From the NCBI RefSeq assembly GCF_001194135.2, contig NC_068990.1:4573142-4637141 (forward strand): 64,000 nt of DNA, given 5' to 3'. Origin of the DNA: Octopus bimaculoides. Its lineage: Eukaryota. The notes beneath the pieces are model-generated. The model did no database searches, was not told the origin of the DNA, and was given only the letters and a program-made list of their open reading frames with translations. Position numbers and translations under genes: made by a program. Shown piece after piece: positions 39,921 through 51,096 of the stretch. The number at the start of each line of letters is the position of its first letter. Positions within the stretch are counted from its first letter, which is position 1.

Positions 39921-41517
39921 GATGCCTGGACCCATTGGGAGAAAAAGTAAAAGCAAAACACTCTTAATCATGAGTCTGCTTGATCAGTGCTGATCTGAGG
40001 CTAAACAGCAACACAACTGATATGACCCTATATTACTGCTTGTTACAAAATCAATGATCAATTGCTTTTTAAAGATACGTTGTATTTGATTGCCTTTTAG
40101 ATGTTGAGTTTGTGTGTGTATGTTGATAGTTTTTGAAATGATGGATCTGCTGTTTGACAGATATCACTGGTGTTACTGTTGCATTATTCCAGTTAAATGA
40201 AAACAACCAATGAAACAGTTAAAATAATTCACTAAATTCATGGATTTTGCTTTGATTTCGCACATAAATAATTTTGTAAGTTCATGGATTGGATGGCTAT
40301 TTCAGGTGTAGATGTTTGTATATAAATTTGATGTAAATTATTTCAAGTGCAATCACTGAAATGTATTCCAACTATGCTTCTCAGCGTAAGTAATCTATGT
40401 TATCCTAAACAATATACAACTTCCAAAATAAATGCATCATTTTCTTCCCTCATGAGCTTTTATATAGGCACTTGATCTATAAATTGCTGCAGCAAAATTC
40501 TTACAGTAAGCATTACCATCTATAAAACAGAGGAGGATTGCCTGTTGTATAATTCAAGATATGGTACCTAAAGTTTTAAGGAAAGCAATACATTAAAGGA
40601 AAGATGATCACAAACACATAAACACTGTAGACCTAAAATAGAAAGACGTAATGAATATGATACTATGAAGGTTAATGTTGTCCAATAAAACATGTTCAAC
40701 CTGCGGGTCAGTTCTGATTCAGTAGACTAATGATTAACAACATTCCAACCAAGACCACCTCAACTTTATTCTGCAGGTATGCCGTAGCGGATGCACCCAT
40801 TTTTTTTTATAAAGATGGTGGTGTCAAATTTGAGGGACATTTGGCTACTAGTTTTAGCAGGTTCAATGAACATGTCAAGAATCCTAATTGAGACATCCAG
40901 GAAAGGTTATTGGTAGTAGTGTTATTGATAATCACAATGATAGAAATAATTTAGAAAACTGAAAGCAAGACAAACTTTCTTAACTGTTGAGACACTAACT
41001 GATTTTACCAAAGAACCATATGATAAATTTGGGAATTCACAAAAATAAAAAATAAAAAACTGTAAAACTTTATTTGGTAAAATTTTGAAGTTTATGTGAA
41101 CACACACTCACACATGTGTAGAAACCCAGACACACATATGTATGCAGAGTATGATGATGGCATTATCTATTATCTTCAGCAAAGTTATGATGCTATCAGT
41201 AAGATTTTCCTCTTCATTGAAAAGTGTTGATACCATCACTAATAGTCTATGTTACCATTAATAAACTATGATACTATTAGTAAATGTCTTTTGCCATTAA
41301 TAAACTATGGTGCCATCTATAGTACTATAAAAATATAATAAATAAATAAAAAATATGCTTTCCACCACTAATATTTCCTTCTTAGAAAAGATTAAAAACA
41401 ATTCTTGGGGAAAAAAAAATGGTGAAAAAATTAGCACAATCTGAAGTAGAAAGATATTAACAAAAAAAAAAGACAAAAACAAAAGGAAAAACTCAAACAC
41501 ATATATGCACACGCACG

Positions 41518-41550
<33 letters not shown>

Positions 41551-42256
41551 GTGCAAGCAAAACCTTTGTTTTATCACTTGAAACCATTAGTCTCTATGGA
41601 ATTTCTAATCTGTTCAACATCTTTATCTACATGGCAATTCTTTTGTGGAATTATATCACATGATCCAGCTCTCAATATCTTAAAGGTTAGTAAGTTCTCA
41701 CTTTATTTTCTCATGTTGGAAATATTTGAGAATCTTTTAAAGTTGCCTGGATCTAATCAGAATAAAAGCTGGAATGAAATATTCTTCTCTTTAAGATGTT
41801 TATATGTTAAATTATTTATTCTTTCCTTCATGGGAATATTTTTTTTTTAATGGGGTAAATAGAAAGTCTGTATGTCAATGTAGGGAAAATGAAAATTCAT
41901 AACAATAGCTTAATAATATGTAACTTAAAAATAAAACAATACTAAAACAGATAGACAAAACCATCGCCCATTACATCTCCCAGCTTACCCCTAAAAAATA
42001 CAGCAAAATAAGTCTGTTGAATGAAATGGATATTCTCCAAGTTTATATTCTTTTGAAAGATTTATTGCTTACAGGTATTACTTCATTTTCTACATAAATC
42101 ATAAATGAATTTAATAATAACAATTTATTTTGTCTAAGTATTAGGTCTTTATTATTTTTTTTTTAATAGTAGCATGTTGGGGAATATCATTAATTGTGTT
42201 TTGTGTATATAATATTGTAGGTAGTTATTTCATCTCAACACTGAAGGAATGGACAC

Positions 42257-42258
<2 letters not shown>

Positions 42259-42303
<45 letters not shown>

Positions 42304-42457
42304 GACAGACAGACAGAGAGAGAGAGAAAGAGAGAGGGAGATAGGGAGAAAGAGAGAGAGGGAAAGAGGGAGAAAGAGAGAGAGGGAAAGAGAGAGAGGG
42401 AGAAAGAGAGAGAGAGAAAGAGAGAGAGAATGAGAGAGAGAAAGAGAGAGAGAGAAT

Positions 42458-42505
<48 letters not shown>

Positions 42506-42507
42506 AA
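42259..42507. repeat. Compound (GA)n microsatellite
   Basis: Direct observation; source of the false (ER)n and (SL)n ORFs. Similar tracts at 48820-48973 and 56745-56818. Confidence 0.97.
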
Positions 42508-42699
42508 GATAGTCAAATTATACACCTGTTTCTGAATTACCATTCTCATCAAATTTTTCCAAGAGCAAAGCTACTCTTCCTTGTTTCATTTTTCACAGTT
42601 GTTGGTGTAGCCCCAGAACAGCTTTTATTGAAAGTACATATGGTCAATGGCATTCCATCTTTTTTTTTTTTTTTTTTACTTGCTAAACCTGAAGGGAGG

Positions 42700-43720
42700 G
42701 GCACTGTCTTAACCCATGTAGAGCTTCTGAAACCAAGGGGATTGATGCCATTAATGTTCTGTTTAAACTGTTGTAGGAAAACTATGAACAAGGAGGAGGT
42801 CCTAAGGAGATGATATTTTGAAAAAAAAAGGATTGGGCATAGCAGGTAGTCCAGGGCTGGGGAACTGGATGCAGTAAGAATGACCAAGAGGTGGATAGAT
42901 GAATGGATCAAGGGTCCTGAGTGGTGGAGGCATGAGATTAACAGGTTTCGAGTAGAGGAGGCTATTATAGCAGCAATAGACTAGAGTGTGCCTGTTAGTG
43001 GCTCTTCTCCAGATGCTGTCCAGGATGTCTCTGTGCATGATAGCAGCACCATCCTAGAGCTGGGTTCAGTATTTCACTGTTGGCTTTACTTAAGTCATGT
43101 ATAATGTTAGCAGATGTTGGGGGCTGAAATATTCTCTGGCTCTGAAGGGAAGGGGTAGTTTAGGGGATGTAATCCTAGCTATGCTAATGATATACAGCAG
43201 ATGATCAGTGATAGAGAGAAGAAAAGCATTTGGAGAAATTGTGAGGGCTCTAGTTGAGTGTAGTACATGTTAAGAAAAGGTGTAGTGGTATTTTCTTGAT
43301 ATGTGTTGTGGTTGAGTTTTTTGCTGTTGAAAGAGTCAAAGGAAACTCGCTGAGAGCATCCCCTCTTGGGGGATGCTCTCAAGTTCTCTGTTTATAGAAA
43401 CAATGCAAATTTGGAGATGTGTCAATTGCATGTGGATGATGTATTGTCAAAGAAAGTTAGGGAGGTAGACTCAAATAACTCACTAGTGTACAGAAGGGAG
43501 AGTGTGTGGGAGACAGATAAAACTTGGAGAAAATCAGAGTTGATTGAGAGTGGGGCAAAGACCACTATCAACATATTCCACAATAGTGTGAGCGCATATA
43601 AAGCTACTAATTCAAGAGATGAGAGATGTGTGATGCCTATAAGTGCTAACTTTTAAGAATGGCGTTGCTGATGTCTAGAACAACAAGACTGTTACAAACT
43701 TTTTTAAAATATTAGGGTGT
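42700..43720 (-). mobile_element. CR1/L2-group LINE RT remnant (RT domains to C-terminus)
   Basis: LDISNA (ALDISKAFD), LSPTLSLLYTSEL (LSPTLFLLYINDL), ISIARITSPKLPLPFRAREYFSPQHLLTLY, LDSIWRRA, LMPPPLR, HSYCIQ, LQQFKQNIN occur colinearly on the minus strand. Confidence 0.8.
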
Positions 43721-43850
43721 AGCTTGAAGAGATTAGGAAGTCAAGCAACCATATAGAGCCCCCTTATTGGTTTGTAGTGTTGTTGATAAAGAAGACTGGT
43801 ATTAAGGGCTTCATAATAAATCAGTTAACAGATAGTATATTGATTTAAAA

Positions 43851-44047
43851 TTTTGGCACAAGGCCAACAATTTCAAGGGGAGGAGTAAGTCAACTACATT
43901 GACCTCAGTGCTCAGCAAATTCTTATTCTATCGACCATAAAAGGATGAAAGGCAAAGTCAACCTCAGACTCAGATTGTAAAGACGGATGAAATGCTGCTA
44001 AGCATTTTTCCTGGCGTGCTAATGATTCCGCCAGCTCACTGCCTTAC
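43851..44047 (-). mobile_element. SINE family A
   Basis: tttggcacaaggcc...atcgaccataaaaggatgaaaggcaaagtcaacc...gctaatgattccgccagctcactgcc. Confidence 0.85.
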
Positions 44048-44685
44048 AGACAGATAATACATTGACAACTGTGTGACATAGCCCTCAGGCAAGTACGCTA
44101 TGGACATAAAATATGTGTGTAGAGGAAGGCAACCATGTTTTCCTTTCATCATGGATATGCTCAGTCAATTACATCAGTTTTACTAAAACAATAACAACAA
44201 TAATGATGGTGTTCGTACAATTGACACAATAATATCAAGTGACTTTGATGATATTTAAAAGTAATCTGAGAAACTAAGAATACATTAATTCAGCTAGTGA
44301 AATAAAATATTGTAGAGTATTTAAACAAAAAATATTGTCTTTCTTTGATTTCATTTGCAATTAAGACAACTGGATTGATACTCAATTACTGTCGTCGCAA
44401 AATAAAAAAAATAAAAAAATTAGAAGTTATCAATAAATATAAATGGATGGAAATTCTAGAAATTAGCAATACAATCAGTACATGTTGCTAGATTTATATT
44501 TTTTGTTTCAGAGTACTTGTTAACCTTGAACATTTTCTTTGCCTAATTATTGAGATATAACTAATTCATTGCCATACAATAAAGGGAATTTTTTCCTATA
44601 CCAGTCAAATTATAAATAAATAAATAACAGCTACAGATGCTAATTCTACTACCAGCTTAGGCACAAAGTTATCTTCATAAAACAG

Positions 44686-44900
44686 CAAGCTGGCAGAATC
44701 GTCAGTGTACTGGGCAAAAGGCTTAGTGGCATTTAGTCCATGTTTATTTACTGAGTTCAAATTCCACTGAAGTCGACTTTGCTTTTCATCCCTTAGGGGT
44801 CAACAAAATAGGTACCAGCTGAGCACTGGGATGGGGGTATCAATGTAATTGACTTAACCCCTCCCCTAAAATTGCTGACCTTGTGCCAAAATCTGAAACC
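44686..44900 (+). mobile_element. SINE family A
   Basis: gcaagctggcagaatcg...gagttcaaattccactgaagtcgactttgcttttcatccc...ccttgtgccaaaatctgaaacc. Confidence 0.88.
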
Positions 44901-45030
44901 AGAATTTATATTGTCTATGGCAGTGAGACGAAAAACAAAGTTGTTATACTGGCATTATAATAATAATAATAATAATTATTATTATTATTGTTATTATAAT
45001 TATTATTAAAAGAAATCATTATTATTATTA

Positions 45031-45235
45031 AGGTAGCAAGCTAACAAAATCGTTAGCATTTTGAGCATAATGCCTAGCAGCATTTCTTCTGACTCATTGC
45101 ATTCTAATTTCAAATTCTGCTAGGGTCAACTTTACTTTTCATTTTTCCGGGGTTGATAAAATAAGTATTGGGGTTGATGTAATTGACTATCCTCCTTCCC
45201 CTAAAATTTCAGGTCTTGTACCTATATTAGAAAGA
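45031..45235 (+). mobile_element. SINE family A
   Basis: aaggtagcaagctaacaaaatcgttagc...ggtcaactttacttttcatttttccggggttgataaaataag...caggtcttgtacctatattagaaag. Confidence 0.82.
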
Positions 45236-45244
45236 TTTAGTGTT

Positions 45245-45896
45245 GTTATAATTTATGCTATTGTTGCTTTGTTTTCTATGAGCTCTTACATGAAGTCTCT
45301 GGTAATAGAAACCTCAAGTAACAGCAAGTTGGATGTTTTAGTATGGATATTATTTATGATTAGCACTGATATATTGTAGTGAAATCTGAGAACTAATATT
45401 CTGTTTGATTTGTTATATCTCAGTTTTGAAAGCGTTTTGAGAGGATCAAATATTTTCAGGCTGACAGTGTTTCTCTTAGGATGTGGCAGTACTCAGATAA
45501 CAATTTTTGTAGTTCTGATACTTTTGGGTTTCCTGGTATTTGGCCATAAAGGTTTAAGAGTGCAATTTAGTATTGTCTCAAAAGCTCCAATGAGCAAATG
45601 GTTGTTGTTTTTAGATGCCACATTTTTGAGATCTCTATTTCAAAATCTTTGTTTACTTAACTTTTCAAATGTTATTAAAGAATTGTCACAGTCTGCTAGG
45701 ATTAACATATATGTAAGCAAATATGTTTTTTTTTTTTAATATGATTTATTTTTTGTCTCAACATCTGGTCTAGTTGTCTGAATAGCTTGATAAGTTTGAA
45801 TACTGAAGTCTCAAAAATGGTGATCTCTTTATTTTCTACAACTTTTGCAGGCTTATGATCCCACCAGTTCTCATATGAAAGTTCTTCTCACATGGG
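45245..45896 (-). mobile_element. R4/Dong-clade 3' fragment with 3' UTR
   Basis: ENWWDHKPAKVVENKEITIF*DFSIQTYQAIQTTRPD, KDFEIEISKMWHLKT, IPGNPKVSELQKIV, HILRETLS; starts directly after the (ATT/CAT)n tract at 45897-45975. Confidence 0.85.
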
Positions 45897-45904
45897 TTAT
45901 TATT

Positions 45905-45954
<50 letters not shown>

Positions 45955-46074
45955 TATTATTAGTATTATTACTATTTTGCAGGATTTGAACAAGTGAATC
46001 TTGATAAACTACAAAATACTGTAATATATTTAGTTTAGTCTTCTACTGTTTAGCTACTACACAATGGAGGTAAC

Positions 46075-46255
46075 ATGACTAAAACTAAACATTACAGACC
46101 CATTTCTCTCATGTCTCACGCATACAACATTGTTGAATGCATGGTGCGAAAACGAATAATTATGTATCTTGGAGAAAACAACACCTTAGATAATATAATA
46201 CACAACATGCTTTTTGAATTGGATGAAGCTGCTTGTTGCAACTATTCTTCATCAT
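46075..46255 (+). mobile_element. CR1-group LINE RT fragment (domains 0-2)
   Basis: HYRPISLMSHAYNIVECMVRKRIIMYLGENNTL then QHAF*IG*SCLLQL, matching NYRPISLTS..KxMERxV and QHGFRxGRSCLTQL. Confidence 0.85.
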
Positions 46256-46329
46256 TTTCTCTCTTTTTATGTTTTAGTCTTCTCAGTTCATCCAGATATT
46301 CAGTTCAGAGGAAAATTTATCTACAATAA

Positions 46330-46890
46330 ATGTAGCAGCTGATCTTTCTTCCTGTATCATTGATGTCATGCCATTCGTTCTGATGTTTTTACTGGGCAGA
46401 GTTCCGCTATAGCACCATTGCATTCTGTTGTTATAAGAATTTGCAAATCTATTTCAACATTTCTTGACCACAAGTCACCTTTGATAGCTCTGCTTTGATC
46501 GCTCCTCCACAGTGCAATACAAATGTAATGACTAGTCATAGATTGACATAATTTCCAATGTCTCTTATTATCATTCTTGTATTTCTTCACTTCTTTGACC
46601 TATGCACTGCACCCCAAATGTATACTCAGAATTATGTTTAATAATAATTTCAACCTATCTTGAATTAGTCTTTAGATTTGAAGATACAGCAGATGATGCT
46701 ATCACTTTGTCCCTTTTCAATAAAGAGTATTTCAACCAATATTTCCTGAGCAGCTTGTAACACTTGTTGTGAGAGTCCACTTCAGATTTAGTCCACTTCA
46801 ATATTTTTGCAAGCTGAGGTATGTAATTTTTTGTTTTTGCCCCCTCCTGGAGTAGCTCCTGTAGCAAAGAATGTTTAATTTTAAAAACAC
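46330..46890 (-). mobile_element. Decayed LINE ORF1-like element, copy 3
   Basis: AIKGDLWSRNVEIDLQILITTECNGAIAELCPV aligns with copy 1 TKGDL*SRGVKMDLQVLMTYKGHRAILKLCPV; GRKISCYI follows. Confidence 0.55.
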
Positions 46891-46949
46891 ATTCCTACTT
46901 ATACTTTTGTTCTTACAGCCGTGATAGCACTAAAATCTGTTCAATTTCT

Positions 46950-47182
46950 TATTTCTTTATTGCCCAGAAGGGGCTAAACATAGAGGGAATAAACAAGGAC
47001 AGACAAAGGGATTAAGTCGATTACATCGACCCCAGTGCATAACTGATACTTAATTTATCGACCCCAAAAGGATGAAAGGCAAAGTCGACCTTGGCGGAAT
47101 TTGAACTCAGAATGTAACGGCAGATGAAATATCGCTAAGCATTTCGCCCGGCATGCTAACAGCTCGGCCAGCTCACTGCCTT
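46950..47182 (-). mobile_element. Full-length, young SINE family A with 14-bp TSD
   Basis: TSD TCTGTTCAATTTCT at 46936-46949 and 47183-47196; many CpG retained; head ggcagtgagctggccgagctgttagcatgccgggcgaaatg. Confidence 0.93.
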
Positions 47183-47709
47183 TCTGTTCAATTTCTGTTA
47201 AGGACAAATTTACTTTGGCACTAGAATTGCATTAATAGACTAAAGTGTTTGAATTAATGTAATTGTTGCAACTGGTGTTGTCATTGCTACCATTGCTGTC
47301 ATAAAAACTACCTGTTTGAGTATTTGCATTACTAAACTGTTCATTTTTCTCCTTTCAGTAATGTTTTTTGGGGCTTGTGTGCAAAATACATAATTTATGT
47401 CACTTAAAAAAAAAAAATTATTTATGCTTTTTTTTATTGTAGTGTTCTGTCTTGCAGCATAAGTATGTATGGTGACTGTTTTGGGTGTGAAAATTCAACA
47501 AGTATAAGTAAATTTTAAAAGTTTATATAACAAACAATTTTATGCTGTCTACCCTCAGGTGCTGAAGGCTGGTTTTTCTATAGGTAAAAAAATATATATT
47601 TTTAAAGTACTCTCATTTGGTAATACATGAATAAATTGAGTCTTGAACTGAGAAGGAAAACATTTCCCTGCAGTAAGAGTTTAATAATAATAATAACAAT
47701 AGTAATAAT

Positions 47710-47870
47710 CCTTTCTACAACATGCACAAAGCCTGGAAATTTTGGCAGGAAGGAGCTAGTCAATTACATCAACCCCAGTGCTCAACTGGTACTTATTTCA
47801 TTGAACTTGAAAAGATGAAAGGTAAAGTTGACCTCAATGGAATTTAAACACAGAATACAAGGGCATGTTA
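47710..47870 (-). mobile_element. 5'-truncated SINE family A flanked by (AAT)n (second tract 47883-47945)
   Basis: aatcctttctacaacatgcacaaagcctgg...gatgaaaggtaaagttgacctcaatggaattt. Confidence 0.75.
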
Positions 47871-47881
47871 ATGATTATACC

Positions 47882-47946
<65 letters not shown>

Positions 47947-48818
47947 CCTTTCTACTATAGGTGTAAGGACTGAAATTTTTGAGAGAATTTATGTGGGAGA
48001 ATTGGCTGCTATTTCTAGCAGTTTAATTATCATGTAGAAGCTTTCTCATTGGATTGGTTAATTTGAACTTGATATCATTAGATAACTTGTTTTATTTTCT
48101 ATTACATTTTTCCCTGACTTAGTCAATGAAAAAACAGCAGCACTTATTGCCTTTTGTCAGAGCCTCCAATACTGACAGGAAGAAGATGGAGATAGTAACC
48201 TTCAGATAGGAGACCTGACTTAAGCACTTAAAACAGTGTATACTCAGCTTAAAGCACCCAAGAGCCCAGTGGTGGTGTTAAATAGTGACAGATTAAACCT
48301 ACCATTTCAAAAAAGATGAAAATAGCTAAAACGTTATTTCTATTTATAAGAACATACTTTATGGAAAAAATGAAAGACTTAAATTGCGATCTTCATACCC
48401 TTTCCCCAAAATACTAAGAATGTAAAGGAAGTAAAATTGTTAGCACTGAAAATTAAACGAGCTTATAAGGAGTTGAAATAGCTGGATAGACATGGCTTGC
48501 TGATGGCACATTTGTTTGCTTTGCAAGTAATGCTGCTAATATTTGTGTACAGCTAATGGCAAACTTACTACAAAGGTGTAGACCTTTTCCAATGTTTAAA
48601 CTGTTCAACTTAAGGAATATACTTTCAGAATTTCTTGTATAATATTGTTTGTGACATGATGAGAAATGAAATATAAAGTGGTAACACTTTTAGTCTTTGG
48701 TAATCTGTTATGGGCATGATCTCTAAATAGCAGTTCAGTTGACTACTTGTTGAGGATTCAATCATTTATTGGATTCTGCTATGGATAACGATATGATAGT
48801 GATGTCAATTACAAAGAC

Positions 48819-48852
<34 letters not shown>

Positions 48853-48926
48853 GGAGAGAGAGAGAGTGAAAGAGAGAGAGAGAGAGANNNNNNNNNNGAG
48901 AGAGAGAGAGAAATAGATATAGATAT

Positions 48927-48978
<52 letters not shown>

Positions 48979-49269
48979 CTTTATATATTTTACTGTTACT
49001 ATTACCTACAAATGTAAAAAAAAGTAAGGCATGTAAGTAATGAATAAATCATGCTCAGGTAGAAGACATTTCAGATGACACTTTTCTATTTGATAATGAA
49101 AGAATGAACTACAATTATGCATTCCTATTGATACTTCTGATTTGTTATGTATACACATGTTCTTACACTCTCTTTCACATACACATAAATACTTTTACAC
49201 ACACAAACAGACACACATATACACACATACACACCTGACAGCCATCCAAGTCAAATAATTGTTTCTAAT

Positions 49270-49705
49270 TTAAGCTCAATGATAGCAAGTTTAATGGGAT
49301 GGATTAATTGATTATACTGACCCCATTATTTGATTAATTCTTTATTTTATCAACCCTGAAAGGATGAAAAACAAATTTCACCTTGGTGCAATCTGAATCC
49401 AGAATGTAAAGGGCTGGAAGAAATATTGTAAGGCAATTTTCCTGGCACTTTAACAATTCTTCCAGTTCGTTGACTTCATATAACATAGGCACAAAACCAC
49501 AAATTTGGATGGGGATGGGAGGGAGTTAGTTGATTAAATTGACCTCAATACTCAACTGCTACTTTAGTTTAACAACCTTGGAAGAATGAAAGACAAAGTT
49601 GACTTTGTGGGACTTGAACTCAGATGGCGTAGGTTTGTTACAAATACTGCAACATGTTTTTAATCAACTATGCTGATAACTCCACTAATCCAACACCTTC
49701 ATCCG
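49270..49705 (-). mobile_element. Two tandem decayed SINE family A copies (about 49270-49470 and 49485-49705)
   Basis: Both carry gaaaggatgaaa...caccttggtgcaatctgaatccagaatg or gaatgaaagacaaagttgactttgtgggacttgaactcaga; absent from the duplicate unit at 51.5 kb. Confidence 0.7.
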
Positions 49706-50205
49706 AGTAAAATAATAGCCAATATTAATAATCTTCATTCAGAACAAGTATTGTTGTTTTTAAACCAAAGCCAGTCCTGATTTAGAAACTTATTATCAAA
49801 AGCATTCAAGTCATGTCCATGTAGTTTTTTCTAAGAACACTGTATCCAAGCCCACATTATGCACTGTCCTTCTTTTCAAAAATGGAGGGTGTATTTGGGG
49901 GAAATTTGGCAGTTATTTCTAGGAGGTTCAATGACCACCCTCATTGCTCAAACAGATGTGTTCCAAGCATATATGAATTTAGAACAGGACACACTTCATA
50001 GGGTTTTAAAATGAAATTAAATTGTTATTAATTTTCTCATTGGTTTAGAAGGTGACCCCTCCCACTTACAATAATATTTTCAGAAAAAAATAAAACTGTC
50101 TTTATTCTGTAGAGACTGACTAGGTTTTTAAAAAAATCTTGAAGAAAATTAATGGATGTTATCACTAAGAATGTCACACTCCAAATCCAGAGTTTTGCCA
50201 AATTA

Positions 50206-50312
50206 GATTGGAGCCTGGTGTTGCCATCCGGTTTCACCAGTCCTCAGTCAAATCGTCCAACCCATGCTAGCATGGAAAGCGGACGTTAAACGATGATGAT
50301 GATGATGATGAT
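50206..50312 (+). mobile_element. Young 5'-truncated SINE family E (RTE-type tail, (GAT)n end)
   Basis: About 3 mismatches in 95 bp versus the reverse complement of 63787-63885. Confidence 0.9.
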
Positions 50313-50441
50313 GAATGACATGACAATAATGCTAAAAGTAACTTATTTTCAAATTGAAGTAATAACAAACATATCACAAAAGTATAGATATATTCAAACA
50401 GAGTTCAAGTTAGGATGTATGCTCTCAGTGTTTCTTTATTA

Positions 50442-51096
50442 TGAGGGTCAGCTGAAAAGCTCATAGGCTCACCAAGATACTCTCAAAGAATGTGACTGAA
50501 AGAAGTTTATTTTTAATATAGGCCCCTTGCAGTTCCCAAACTTCTTCTATTGGTGTTGCAGTACATGGGTTTCATTGGTGAAGAAGCTTTCATCCCGTTG
50601 ATCAAAAACGTCTTCAACAGTGGATATGATGTCATCATCAATGCAATACTGGTTCCCAGCCAAATGCTTTTACATGTTGGGAAATAGATAATAGTCAGAT
50701 GGGGGAAAATCAGGAGAATAGGAATGGTGATTGACCAGTTCAAATCCACAATCACACACAGCAGCCATTGAAGCAAAGGACCCCTTTCATCAGTTTTCCC
50801 GGGCGTTTGGCCTTGATAGCCTTTTGCAAATTGGCATAGAACTCTCCATTGATGGCATGGCCTTTCTGAAGATAGTTGATAAACAATGTTTTCTATATAA
50901 AAAAAAACATCAATCACCTGTCATACTTCACCATGTGGTGGACATGATCACTGTTGTTCCCAGGTAAAATGACATTTTACCTGGGAACAAAACATGCAGT
51001 TCTTTAGAAGAAGATTTGCAATTGATGCATGTAAGATTTCACAGCTCTAGCATTACTCCTTCATATTCAGCCTATAAACTTTTCAGCCGACCCTTG
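50442..51096 (-). mobile_element. Internally deleted mariner (Tc1/mariner) DNA transposon
   Basis: TIRs tgagggtcagctgaaaagctcataggct / cagcctataaacttttcagccgacccttg, TA on both sides (50440-41, 51097-98); transposase remnants NYLQKGHAINGEFYANL, KAIKAKRPGKL, FELVNHHSYSPDFPPSDYYLFPNM (YSPDLAPSD motif), HLAGNQY. Confidence 0.92.

Noticed and set aside
43366-43656. 96-aa + strand ORF as a gene
   Set aside because: It is the antisense of the CR1-group RT remnant.
45410-45739. 109-aa hydrophobic + strand ORF as a membrane protein
   Set aside because: It is the antisense of the R4/Dong endonuclease remnant.
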